Shown here one piece after another: positions 1-12,560 of a stretch of DNA of 60,890 nucleotides. This stretch comes from Phoronis australis (taxonomy: Eukaryota > Animalia > Phoronida). Position 1 is the first letter of the stretch. Every line of letters begins with the position of its first letter. The stretch is from positions 1 through 60,890 of the forward strand of contig NMRA01000728.1 of assembly GCA_002633005.1 (NCBI GenBank), given 5' to 3'. The notes beneath the pieces are model-generated. The model was not told the DNA's origin. It did not search any database and saw nothing but the letters and a program-made list of their open reading frames with translations. Position numbers and translations under genes: made by a program.

Positions 1-394
1 GGGGTCATTTTGTGTGAATACTTTTGGATTGTACTGTATTAAGAATGCTTATACATTCTCTAGAGAACTAAGCGTGTTAAGTGGCTACTGTTGTGTTATG
101 AGATTACGTACATGTATGGGCTGTTGTTGTTCACTGATTGCCGAGTCTACTGGCTTGTTGTTAGACTGCACTCCACGTTGCCAAGGTTGCTGGTGTGCCG
201 ACCACACACCATTAGAAGGTATGCCAACCACGAACATTGAAGCTACAAGTCTGAGAGATGACTCATTTAGACTCTACAGGACTCCGAAGTGTATATACCT
301 ATTTACTAGTACTTCCATATTACATGTAGTTGTCATCTCTTCAGCAAGTAATATACGTGTTGTACCAAATTACTGTGTTACTATCTACACAACA
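1..394 (+). mobile_element. Possible 3' part of an LTR
   Basis: Ends AGTAATATACGTGTTGTACC...CTACACAACA, a typical Gypsy/BEL LTR-end style; the 5' end is outside the window. Confidence 0.3.
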
Positions 395-833
395 GTTGCC
401 AAGCAACAATGGAAATCTCCATCACAATTTTTCTTCACCAAAATGGCTTTGCAGGTCGGGTCTGTCCTTCAATATGGTTTTACCAGGATCTGCTACTCAG
501 TAGTGAAAAAACTCGTGCTAAAGTCCGTTTTGTCTCAAATACTATTTAAGTAAAATTTTCCAAAGAAATCTATGTTGGTGTAGCATTTTGATTTGGAATG
601 ACAAGGGGTGGAATTTTGTTGAGACACCTTGTCCTCAGATAAAAAGTGCTACAGAAAATGCTTAAAGTAGGGTAGATACCTTGACAGCTCAGCCCCTGTT
701 AAAATTGGGTCGAAACCAATCACTTGCGGTTTTGACCTTTTCACTTTCATTTTCAAGTGTTAACATGAAATAGCATCTTAAAGCGACGCTATTGAATAAT
801 CATGTGCACCTAGGCTTACTTTGATCTCTTCAG

Positions 834-989
834 TGGAAAATGCCAAAATCAAAGTGCCAAATGCAGCTGATCCCTTTAGGACCCTGACGGTTCTCAACGC
901 CCAGAAACCTGGCAGTATCATGACCTTACAGTGCGTCGCCATTAGTCCTGCAGGCTACACCATCCAATCAGCTGCTGTCAACGTTTATG
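834..989 (+). CDS. Gene 1 (L1CAM/neuroglian-like) internal exon, C-terminal half of an Ig domain (resembles L1 Ig4)
   Basis: ctcttcAG acceptor, G|GTAGGT donor, phase 1-1. Encodes ENAKIKVPNAADPFRTLTVLNAQKPGSIMTLQCVAISPAGYTIQSAAVNVY, matching the E-F-G strand pattern (LTV.N.....QC.A....GY......V) of L1-family Ig4. Confidence 0.8.
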
Positions 990-1679
990 GTAGGTCATAC
1001 CTCTATGATCTTTTACCCTTAATCTGTCAGTCTGTACTGTCAAATTGATTTGTTCAGCAATACCGTTTGACATATTTAAAGCACATCAGCTTGATTTCCA
1101 AGGCTTACTTTTCGTCTACTGAATGATGCTGTCAAATAGATTGCCTAAATACATGTAGTGCAGATGAGTTGACCCCAAATGCAGAGCCACAATTATAGCT
1201 TACGTCCTTGACTCCTTCAATGGAATCTTCTTTCAAGTTCAACACGGATAGTTATCATGCAATTTAAAGATCACGCTGAGTAGCTGTTCAATTCACGCCA
1301 GTCAGTTTGGCGGTATATTTTTAGCAGCCTTTAGCTTAATCAAGGAGCCCATTGTGCTGCTATCCAGTGGGAAAGTTAAACATTCTTCAATACAACTCTT
1401 AAAATGTATTGCGAGTGTACAAAAGTATATTTCGCATGACCCAATTTCTCATTCTGATGTGCAGCACAGGCTTAGTTGACACGGACGAAACGCAATTTCA
1501 TTCATTGGCGGATTTGTTAATACATTGTGCGCATCATTTGAATATCCCACTGCAAAATACTGGCAATTTATTGACGTGATGGTCGCAAAGAATTAATATA
1601 CAAAAGCAACGCAGAGCGTTGAAATGCGCCCACGAATGCACCGAAAACCGTGTGCTTCTAGGGTTGCTTATTTGTTTAA

Positions 1680-3240
1680 TACAAATGGCCACTAGACAGC
1701 GCAATAGCGTCCAATCAAAATGAAAACAGGAACATGCCATCGCTTCTATAATAGAAAGCTGTTTGCCAAATTTTATAAAAATCTGTTCAGGAACTTCATA
1801 GAAACAGAGGAAAAGGGAAAAATGTAATTACCACTTGGAGGCACAGCGCTCATTGGATCCGCCGTTGTCGTCTGTTGTTAGCTTCATATAAATACAGCTA
1901 CTAAATTCAATAAAGATCATGCGGTGTGTTTAGGAGATGCAGGTATGGGCGGAAAACAAAAACTACCTCAAAGAGTCGCCAAAGTAGCCAAAGTCGTTAT
2001 CGTCAATCGACCTCTTCACACTGAGAACATACTGTATACGCCAATTTTCAAAATCACCCCTGATAATGGTTTGGTTGAGGGAGGGGTGGACGCCAAAAAA
2101 CAGACTTGAAAACAGCAAAAATGTCCATTAGCTGACGAAAAGTACCTCGATTCCATTCGAAAACGAGAATATCATCATCTCACGAATATTCCAAATTTTC
2201 TAAAAATCCGTTTAGAATCTTTGAAGATACAGAGGCAAACCTACAACCAAGGGCGCGAAAAACAAAACTGCCACTAGGAGGTGCCAATTTAGTCGAAGTC
2301 GTCGGAAAATCGTCGTCAGCTGTCCCCTTCGTAGTAAGAAAATACATGCCAATTTACCCAACCATCCTTAGAGCAGTTTGGTTGATAGAGGGGTGGACGC
2401 CAAAAACAGACTCTAAAACAATAAGAATGGCCACTAGGTGGTGCAAACTACGTAAAATCCATCCAAACTCGGGAGGGTAGCGTCATCTCACTAGTAGATG
2501 CCTATATGCCATATTTTGTGAAAATATGTAGAGGACCTTTCAAGATACAGAGGTAAACGTAAAAAATAAAATTGCTACTAGGAGGCACACCGGTAGTCAG
2601 ATCCATCCGGAAGTCGTTATTAGTCGCCAACATCATATAAATACACTTTCTAAACTTACTAAAGTTTCTGTCAACGGTTTAGGAGATACAGCCATGGGCG
2701 CAAAACAACTAAACTGCCCCTTAGAGGCGCCATAGTAGTCAAAGTCGTCGGAAAATCATTGCCAACCGTCCTCTTCATAGTAAGAACATTCATGCCAATT
2801 TTCACAATAATCCTTGGAGTGGTTTGCTTGATAAAACTAAGGGCGGACACCAAAAAAGCGGTCTCAAACATAGTAAAAATGGCCTCTAATTGACGCAAAA
2901 AGCCTCGAAACTACCCCAAAACAGGAGGCTAGCGTCACGTCATTAACATATACCTATGTGCCAAATTTCATGAAAAAGGTGGAGGAAAAGAGGCTGACGT
3001 AAAAAAGTAAAATTGCCACTAGGGGGCACAGCGGTATTCGGGTCGGTCCGAAACTCGTCACCCTCTGTCATCAAAGGCTTAGGAAGACACCAGCTAAATT
3101 TCAATACGATCTTGCGAGGGGCTTAGGAGATACAGCCGCGGACAGCTGACGCCTGGACGCCCGGAGGCCCAGACAGAGATGACGGCAATATGCACCCAAA
3201 AACAGCCCCGTAGGAAGGAAAAAATTATTGGGGGCCACAA
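1680..3240. repeat. Diverged tandem array of about 135-165 bp monomers inside a non-autonomous element
   Basis: Core CCACTAGR(T/G/A)GGCRC-like motif at about 1689, 1831, 1965, 2125, 2271, 2431, 2575, 2717, 2882 and 3016; GGTGGACGCCAAAAA recurs near 2085, 2392 and 2840; the array ends in GGACGCC/CAGACAG-type short repeats. Confidence 0.75.
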
Positions 3241-3253
3241 ACCAATTTGACTT

Positions 3254-3384
3254 NNNNNNNNNNNNNNNNNNNNNNNNNNNNNNNNNNNNNNNNNNNNNNN
3301 NNNNNNNNNNNNNNNNNNNNNNNNNNNNNNNNNNNNNNNNNNNNNNNNNNNNNNNNNNNNNNNNNNNNNNNNNNNNNNNNNNNN
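3254..3384. other. Assembly gap
   Basis: 131 N. Confidence 1.
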
Positions 3385-3688
3385 AGCTGGGACGAAGGTG
3401 AAGATTTCTTTTATTATGATCCATTTTCGGGAAAAGTTCATTTTATTATGGGGATTCTTTGGAGTAATTTTTAGAAAGGTGAGGTCCCGAGGTACCTGGT
3501 ATAGTGCCTTTGTGGCCGTTTCAGAATTCTTTGATGAAACACAGGCGGTAGTCCAGTTTCTGGTTTCTGGGGAAATGATACAGAGTGTGTCCCAATAATA
3601 TACACACTTCAAATCTCGGGTTCAAATTCAGTTCGCATAGTTACACCTTATTTTTAACGTGGGTGTGCCTGTCATGACGTCCTCTGTG

Positions 3689-3936
3689 CATGCGCGCACC
3701 TTGGGGGGCTTGGAGCTCGGGGGGCTCGATGGCAATGTGGGCAAAATGTTCATCCTCAGAGAAATAAAATATTCGGGAAAAACGAGACAAAAGTCCACTA
3801 AAAAGGCAGGATACGGCGTATGCACAATTCATAGCCATGAACGAACCCCGTATTCGTTTTTTTTTTTCTTTAGTAAAAGGTCCACATCCTCAAAAATTCG
3901 AGCCCCCCCCTTAATTTTAGGTTGGATGCGCGAATC
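3689..3936. mobile_element. MITE, CATGCGCGCACCCAG family
   Basis: Shares termini and internal GACAAAAGTCCACTAA / TTTTAGTAAAAGGTCCACA blocks with the copies at 24101, 33477, 33930 and 38890. Confidence 0.7.
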
Positions 3937-4090
3937 TCCTGTGTGTAGTATGCACGGGAAATGCAAGCAAACGATGCAGTTTTTAAGAACAAATATCCAT
4001 TGCGGAATACTGGAATCCAAAAACATCAAGGAAGTTCAAAGACAACCATTCCAAGTTGATGACCAATAAGTTTGATTTTATTTATTTAAG

Positions 4091-4809
4091 TACCTAAACT
4101 TCGTTTTTCATCTACGGTTTGTAAACTTAAAACCAGTAATCTAGTTCCTAAGCCAATAAACAATTTATTGTCATTTGAATTGTGAGAACATTTTAGGACA
4201 CATTGTTGAGTTGTCCGAAATTCATCAATTTCCTTAAGACTTATTTCGCATACATGTAGACAGAAATTATTTAGTGTATTTTCATATTTGGGGATCTGAT
4301 GATTGGTCGAATTTTCCCGATGTTGGCCTGCAATTAAGTGCATTGAAGTATTGTCATTTCTTACAAGATTAGGTTTTAATTGTCAAAAATCATCTGTCAA
4401 TCAGTCCACATTTCGTAGATAAATAAACATGTAAATCAGAAACCAACAATCAAATCCATGACCAATGCGTTTACCTAAATTTTATCCCCTGTTAGTGACT
4501 TTAAACAACAAATCTTGTACCGAAGTCAAAAAGCAAGGCATTTGTTGTCATTTGAATTTTGAGTCTAATTTTTTTGGAAAGTGTCCAAATTTTATCAATG
4601 TTTTTGAGAGTATTTTAGATAGGCAAAAAGCGTCCAAGTGCACTTTATTATTTTGGGATCAGATTATAGTTTTTTCCATATTCAGGCTTCAACTTATTAT
4701 AATTCCCTGAATAGTAATCATTTCTTAAATGATTAGCTTCTAATTGCCAAAATCACCTATTAGCCTGTCGGTTTTCGTAGATACATAAACATGTATATCA
4801 GAAATCAAC
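4091..4809. repeat. Old tandem duplication, about 370-bp unit x2
   Basis: Shared blocks in the same order (TACCTAAA, TTGTCATTTGAATT, TGGGATC, TTTCGTAGATA.ATAAACATGTA.ATCAGAAA.CAAC) at 4091-4448 and 4472-4809. Confidence 0.6.
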
Positions 4810-6383
4810 GAATTTCTTTATCAAAACTGAATGTTATACGTTATTTCCGCATGCATGCTCCCAGACTTTTGACGGGTAACCGTTGGAATATGGGGATTGG
4901 GCATTCACAGTGAGGTGTACTTTTGCTCTTTCCGAGGTATCTATAACGATTCACGAATTTAACTTGACCTCAACAAAAACGCTGAAATATTTGTTTAATT
5001 TGTGTATTATTGCAAATTTTTGTGTACACTCGTTCGACATGTACACGGTCACCCCAATGGTAGCCTCGTCAGCAATGTTTTCCACATGTGGGAATTCCTT
5101 ATAAACAACTCATAGTAATCATCTTCAAAAGAGATACTATTCTTGTGATAATATGGGATACAGTAACATTACTTTATAACTAACCATCGGAAATAGTCAT
5201 TTTGTGTAATTAACAAACAACGGTCTTCACGTTGTTTAAAATTCCTGACTCCCTCACGATGGCGGTAAATCCTATTGTATTTTTTTCAAATTTTTTGGTT
5301 GTTTGGGTCGAATGTCTTGATACTGCTGTGCTGTACATCAATGTTCTGCGTTTTTTTTTTGATGACTTTCGAATCACAACTTTCCTCATGAATAATTGGC
5401 AGTGTCGGATTTACAAGCAAAGAGGGATAAAGGGACATTTCTCGGAACTGCTCCACCGAGAGAGGGTCTCATCTCAAATGGGACTCCTTAATAATGAAAA
5501 CCTAAATATCAGACGACGGTGCAGGAAGTGACCTTCTTCAACATGAAAGTTGGTTGCACGATTTCCCAAAAAACAGGAAAATAGAATCGAATCCAACATT
5601 GGGTCCTTTCTCCGTGAGGTTACCCTTAAGAATTTGTCAATATAAATATAAAAACTGTGGTCACTTGAATGACATCAATGGCCCATCTATGTGAAAATAT
5701 CTATATTATCAAAAATCAAGAGATGCGCAGCAATTGATGATATCTATCAGGTCATCAATTTTTCTGAAGTGATGTACAATTCGAGAAAAAAGCTAAAATC
5801 GTCTCCGTTATCCTTTGCCAGAGAGGGGCCTCTGGAAAAATATGGTTTTGCAGTCGCAAAATTGACTTATTAAATTTAAAAATCCAATAAATTAATACGC
5901 TCAGCAAAAGCTTCGCTTTACAAATTTTCTCGATTTTTCGAAATGTGTGTATGAATGATTATGTGCACGTTTCCAAGTGCGTTTAGACGACCTGTGCTGT
6001 GAAAGCGGAGACCCCAACAACAATGTCATGGCCAGGGTCATCAAAAGGTAAACCATGCACTGATACAGAGTTGTAAAATGTCCTCTTGAGTTTTCTCTTA
6101 CCCGCATTTAGCAGTCTTTCTTTTCTCGACTGTCCCCGCCCCACGCGGTTGCCACGGTTTAACCCTGACGCCTAAATTTTTTTGCTAATACTCCCCCCCG
6201 TCCCTCCCACTTCCTACGGCCATGGCATATAAATATGGAAAATATCCCTCTGCATCAAATCCATTCGAGAGTACGGAACACTCTCCCCTAACTACCCTAG
6301 AGCCATCTAGCGACGGGCTGTACTTCATCAATTCAGTGCCATGCTTGACGACTTTCAAGACTTTTGTTCTGCCTTTGTTGTAG

Positions 6384-6748
6384 AGCCGTTCCAATGGAAG
6401 GATGGAGAGCCGGATCAAAACCACACCGTCACCGCCGAAACAGATGCTAAGGCCTACACGTTCAGCTGCCCATACATTTCCGACTCACAGGAGGTAATCA
6501 CTACATCCTGGTACTTCAACGTGCCTGAAGGCGAGATACCCACGGAGAAGCAGAGTGTCTCCACCATGGTGGGCGTCACTAAGAGCGGACCCGGTGGATC
6601 TGTGCTCACCGTTGACAGACACCACCGGGCAAGAAGCCGCGTGATGTCTACAATGGATTCTACACCTGCGTGGTTGTACCCGAGAATAAAATCTATGCCG
6701 AGAATGAGTTGCGTGCTAGACAACAGCTGTACTTTAAAGAGGATGTAG
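6384..6748 (+). CDS. Gene 1 full Ig-domain exon (resembles L1 Ig6), copy A, with a 7-bp frameshifting deletion near 6616
   Basis: ctttgttgtAG acceptor, G|GTATGG donor, phase 1. EPFQWKDGEPDQNHTVTAE...YTFSCPYISDSQEVITTSWYFN...SVLTVD, then the frame shifts; GFYTCVV follows in another frame. Copy B has TTGAGCC at this position. Confidence 0.75.
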
Positions 6749-7806
6749 GTATGGAAATGCGGTTGCCCAGTGTGGGAATGTGTGCAGGTGTGTTGTGTTG
6801 GCAAAATGTTGTTTTTGCTGCTTTAGTGTTTTTGCGCCGTTCCATTGTGCGAAATCAAACTGTCATTGCATCACTTCTTCTAGTAATATATACTGTGATT
6901 GTTTCTGCTACTACCCATGACACATGTCTTAGTAATCTTATCACGTTCATTTTGAGTATTTTGAAACTTGTATAAATGTGCCTTTCGTCAATGAAAAGGG
7001 TTTTGGTTAGGATCTTCATCTCAACTTGTTTGCTATTCGAATTAGATGTGATTTCGAGACTATTATAGGACTGACGCTTCCGTTAATACTTGAGGACAAN
7101 TCAAAACCACACCGTCACCGCCGAAACAGATGCTAAGGTCTACACGTTCAGCTGCCCATACATTTCCGACTCACAGGAGGTAATCACTACATCCTGGTAC
7201 TTCAACGTGCCTGAAGGCGAGATACCCACGGAGCAGCAGAGTGTCTCCACCATGGTGGGCGTCACTAAGAGCGGACCCGGTGGATCTGTGCTCACCGTCG
7301 ACTTGAGCCAGACGCCACCGGGCCAGAAGCCGCGTGATGTCTTCAATGGATTCTACACCTGCGTGGTTGTACCCGAGAATAAAATCTATGCCGAGAATGA
7401 GTTGCGTGCTAGACAACAGCTGTACTTTAAAGAGGATGTAGGTATGGAAATGCGATTGCCCAGTGTGGGAATGTGTGCAGGTGTGTTGTGTTGGCAAAAT
7501 GTTGTTTTCGCTGCTTTAGTGTTTTTGCGCCGTTCCATTGTGCGAAATCAAACTGTCATTGAATCACTTCTTCTAGTTTTTTTACTGTGATTGTTTCTGC
7601 TACTGCCCATGACACATGTCTTAGTAATCTTATCACGTTCATTTTGAGTATTTTGAAACTTGTATAAATGTGCCTTTCGTCAATGAAAAGGGTTTTGCTT
7701 TGGAAGAGTCTGGTTAGGATCTTCATCTGAACTTGTTTGCTATTCGAATTAGATGTGATTTCGAGACTATTATAGGACTGACGCTTCCGTTAATACTTGA
7801 GGACAA
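6415..7806. repeat. Near-identical direct duplication across the single N at 7100 (6415-7099 / 7101-7806), probably uncollapsed haplotypes
   Basis: Direct sequence comparison; the junction is exactly the N. Confidence 0.9.
7101..7441 (+). CDS. Gene 1 Ig exon, copy B (open frame, 5' end cut by the N at 7100)
   Basis: QNHTVTAETDAKVYTFSC...TSWYF...VLTVDLSQTPPGQKPRDVFNGFYTCVVVPENKIYAENELRARQQLYFKEDV, with both Ig cysteines and the Trp; donor G|GTATGG at 7442. Confidence 0.8.
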
Positions 7807-8764
7807 GCTCAAGAAGTTGTCTAATTGTGGATGGGTCATTTTATACGCCAAGAATAGTCTCCAGCAACAAAAAATTGTCAGTTCTTTGCAAGCCCGGAAA
7901 CCATTTTTCGTCTGACTAAGGCACCTGATGATGAACTCAGCTTTAATGAATTGTAAGCGTTCTGAGTCAAGAGTTTGTTTCTGTGACAGATCGCCTGTTT
8001 TCAGCAAATCGGCATTGGCGGTCTTGTGTTTACTTTTGTCTACACCAGCCTGTGCAAGTTGTCGCGGGTGTTCTTGCCAGAGGAGTTCCGATTTTTTTAT
8101 TTTCATTTCACCATCTTTGCATGCATAGCAGATAAAAGCCAGGGGAAATTAGTACATTTGAGCTACGATAGTCGGGAATTGATTTTTTAATCACGGTACC
8201 ACCAAAATCATCGGGTTCTGTTTTTGCGTGATTCATTGTCTGGCCTTTCCTCTTGGTAAAATCCTCTTATATCTTTAAGGTTATCTCAAACCTTATTCAC
8301 AAAAATGGTCATTTTTACAATATTTCACATGTGTCTAGAAAAATAACTTATCTTCATTCTCGGTGTAATTCAAATTCAAAATATATACTGCGCAGTGAGA
8401 AAAAAATTAACAGAGCCACCTTGGAACCGCACAACCGCGTGGATATTTGCTTACTACTTATCCGAGGTCAGAGGTTAAAGGGCTTTCAATCAAGTTGAAT
8501 CTCCCGCCAAGTACAGAACAGATTCGTATACCCTCAGTCCTTTCATTCTTAAAATCGCCATAGCATTGAGTCAACGAGTTATACTTATGGTAGAATGGTG
8601 CAGAGTAAAACAAAGACAAAACTTTTGTTCTTAAGGGAGATGTGTGTCTACATGCATACGACCGTTGGCGTTGAGAACGGTCGCATCAGGCCTCGGTGAT
8701 CATAAACACAGCAAAGTTTGAAAAGAGATAAATCCTCAATTTCTGTAAAACTCTCATTGAGTTA

Positions 8765-9344
8765 TGTCACGAACTTAGTATTCATCTTGTCAATGGTTGT
8801 TTCCCCCTTGACTCTAAGGGTGAGTTTACCTGTCTGCCTGGAGGTGGACGTAGTTTAGTGGATTATGTATTACTAGCCGTGGCTAGTGGGAAATGTCGAG
8901 GGGAAATAGCTACACCTAAGAGTGAACATTAGTGTTCATCGCAAGAGACAGGAATACTTGTATTTTTTGAAGAGACTGTGCTCAAAGCTTCAAGCAGAAT
9001 TTTTGTCACTGTCAGATTTTAGAAGGCAAGGTTTACGGGTGCGGGATGCTTTCCCCAGGCAGTACAAATTTCTTTCCAGAACATTTGACCCTGCAGTAAC
9101 ACAACTTAAGTATGGTAATCAAATCTTTAAAGTAAAAACTAAGAGTGCATTTCAAATACTGTATAGTACACAAAGCATGTAGATGTATTGACCCAAGTCG
9201 CATCATAATTGTACATAACGAGGTAGAGAGCCAGCTAGCTGTATGATGACTATTACGTCAACATACAGAAACTAGTGAGGTACATGTAGCCGCGTGTAGA
9301 GATTCACACAACCCGGGTGGTCAGCTCCTCACCTCGTCGTGAAA
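8765..9344. mobile_element. Probable solo LTR
   Basis: Starts TGTCACGA and ends TCGTGAAA (one mismatch from TCGTGACA); flanks GTTA / CTTA are a near 4-bp TSD; 580 bp. Confidence 0.45.
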
Positions 9345-10009
9345 CTTACTAACAACCTGCAGGGGTGCATGCAGAATCTGGGAATGAACCGACATTTACC
9401 TTGCCCATTACAGTCGTTTATAGAAGTAAAAAATCTAATAAATGTTATTTTTTGTAATTCTCCACCTTTTTTAATAAAGGAAATCTGTGGTCGTTTTGAA
9501 AACATTTCCTAAAATTTTTCGATATCTCTCGAGAGTTTGTTCTGAAATTGAGTTTTCTGGTATTACTATAGTAAAAACTTATAACGAAATGAAACCATTA
9601 ATTTTGGCGGCGACAGTCCCGATGAATTATATAAGGGACAGAAGCCGGAGGGAGTGAAAATAAGCCGACAGAATGACGTCACCCATGCCGTTGAGCTGAC
9701 GGACTGGCGTCACCAAGGCCACTACGAAACTGGCCACCCTCCCTCCGCGTCTGCGAAAAAACGGCCCGCGAGAAAAAAAATAGAACACCTCGAATCCAAA
9801 CAGCGGGCCGGTGCAATATCTGGGACCAAGGCGGCTCCGAAACGGGTGCAACGAAGGTCTGTAGTGGAGCGGGGGAGACGGAGTTTGTGCAAACGATGCA
9901 TTTTATATAATAGATTATCTACACAACTATTTGATTTAGTAGAGGATTTTATGTGGATGCATGGAACGAATCTGATCATCAACCAGTTATTTGTAAGTTT
10001 AGGTGTTGT

Positions 10010-12560
10010 ACAGTATGTCAGAGATCAAGCCTCCTATGGTTCCATTGTTACACCAGCATAGCTGGATTCAGTGGGAGAGCTAAATGCACAGGCATTCTCT
10101 CGTGTTTTTTCAATTGGTGCTGAGAATTGTACTACGGCCGTGGATAGCTCTGTGGCTAGCGGCAATCAAGATAATGCGGTCAGATCCATAACAGATTTGC
10201 TGTGGCAGTCGGCCGTATCTACCATGAAAACTCGTACATCTGCGAATAGTCAGACTAAAGTAAATCGAATTTCTGGGAAAAAGCAGCCACCCTGGTGGGA
10301 TGATGACTTGGCTTCGGCCAAACGAGCAAAAATATGGTCTTTAAAACTGTCTCGTAAAATCGCTTCTGTCGTTTACCTTAACATGTATAAAGTAAAAAAG
10401 AAAGCTTTCCGTGATCTGTTTAAACAGAAAGAGAAAGCATTTGAAGCCCGACTTATTGAAGCCAGTAAACGTTCCAAAAATAAACCTAAGGAGTTCCGGT
10501 AAATAATCAAATCCAAATATTTGGACATCCCGTATGTCTTCTACAATTAGTCCGCAGAAATGGCACGACTATTTCAAGGATTTATCGAATCAAAACTGCA
10601 ATATTGACGAGTCCTTGAGTCAATTTGCCACGCAGGAAATGATTGAATATGATAGTTCCTGTGAAAAGTGTAACAACAATTCCCATCTGATCTTAATACT
10701 GATTTCTTGCCCTCCAAAATATATGAGGCCATTGAACAATTGCCTAATGGCAAGGCTGGGGGTTACGATGGCGTGATTTTTGAAATGCTGAAGTGCACAA
10801 CAAAGGTAACGATAGTGCCAGTCTTGCACAAGTTATTTAATGCAATTTTCGATTCTGGGTATTATCCCCAGACATGGTGTGACACAGTGCTTACTCCAGT
10901 ACATAAACAAGGCAATATCAATGACGAAAATAACTATAGAGGTATCTCCCTGTTGTCTGCCTTGGGAAAACTTTTTACCAAACTAAAATAATCGTCTTTA
11001 TTACTGGGCTGAAAATAATGATAAACTTTATGAGCCTCAAGCTGGGTTTAGAAAAGGCTACTCTACGATTGACCAAATGTTTACACTTCAAGCTATGTGC
11101 CACAAGTATTTGAGTCGACAGGGTGGTAGATTTTACTGTGTCTTTGTTGATTTCTCGAAGCATTCGATCGAATCCCACATATTTTACTCTTCCATAGTAA
11201 AATTTTCAACATAATCCGCTTTATGTATGGTAAATTGCGCACTTGTGTGAAAACTCAAGATGGTCTTACAGAGTTCTTTGATTGTACTGTTGGTACTCGC
11301 CAGGGTTGCATGATCAGCCCATTATTATTTGTGTTGTATCTAAATGAATTTTTGGATCAACTGAGTGTGAAAAGTAATATTAATAGCACATGTCTCAGCG
11401 AACAAGTGCCAAGAGTTAACTCCCTACTGTACGCAGACGACATGTTGTTGTGTTCTTCTACCGCTATCAACCTACAACGTAAACTCAATTGTTTGGCTGA
11501 ATTTTGCAAATCATGAACTTGAAGAAAACTAGAGTGGTCGTTTTCGGAATGGCGGTCCCCTTAGACGATATGAGAAATGGTTTTACAATGGAACATTGTT
11601 GATGTTGTGTTTCATTACAAATACCTTGGACTACTTATTACTCCAAAAGTTTCGTGAACCAAAGCCATTAAAGCTTTATCTAGTCAAGCAAATAAAGCTG
11701 CCTCTCAATTTGTAAATTAAAGCGAAGATGTCGTGATCTGCCCCCGTCCCCTTTCACTTGTTTGATAAAATACTTTACCCCTCTCTGTGTTAAGGCGCTG
11801 AGATATGGGGCTTTAAGGAATATGAACAATTGGAAAATGTACATATCAAGTTTTGTAAACGCATTTTAGGAGTAGCCAGTTGTTGTTCAAACTCGGCAAT
11901 TATGGGAGAATGTGGTCGATTCCCATTGTTCACTAAATATTTTGTTTCTTGTATAAAATACTGGATCGAATTACTGGGGATGCCTAGTAATCGTGGGGCA
12001 AAAGCTACATATCATATGCTTTTTCAGTCAGACCTGATCGGAAGATTTTCCTATAATTGGGCAAGTTTTGTAAGGAAACTCTGTCTTTGTACAGTTTTTC
12101 AGATGTATGGATTAATCAGGGTGTGGTAAACCAAGCGTATTTCTTGACAATTTTTTCTCAACTTGTCAACAACTGTTATTTGCAAGGTTTGCAAACTGAT
12201 ATCGAATCTAACGCAAAACTGGCATACTAGGTGAGATATAAAACAATGTATCGTCTTGAGAATTATCTAGAAATGGTCGGTAAACCACGTGTTCAAATCA
12301 TTCGTTACTATTCCCTACGAAAACAGGTTGTGTTCGGGATGTGTAGAGGATGAATACCACGTTGTGTTAGTTTGTAGTGCGTACCAAGATCTTTGGATTA
12401 AGTACTTAAGTGATCGTTTTTGTCATTCTCCCACGACATCTAAATTTGAATCTCTCAAGCGTCACAATGTATTATCCAGTTTGAAACGTGGCACCAGTGT
12501 CTTGTACATGATATACGTGGGGCCTATGGTCATGTGTATATGTCTCAATAAATCATTTAT
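10010..12560 (+). mobile_element. 5'-truncated, decayed non-LTR retrotransposon (CR1/L2-group LINE), reverse transcriptase
   Basis: PWWD, GKAGGYDG, NYRGISLLSALGKLF, QAGFRKG, GTRQGCMISPLLF, LLYADD, ENVHIKFCKRILGV, GECGRFPL and C..VEDEYHVVLVC in order, with many frameshifts and stops; AATAAA near 12547. Confidence 0.92.

Noticed and set aside
14-553. 179-aa ORF
   Set aside because: No recognisable motif and a non-ATG start; overlaps probable LTR sequence.
9627-10061. Overlapping GC-rich ORFs on both strands
   Set aside because: No domain signal; inside a transposon relic.
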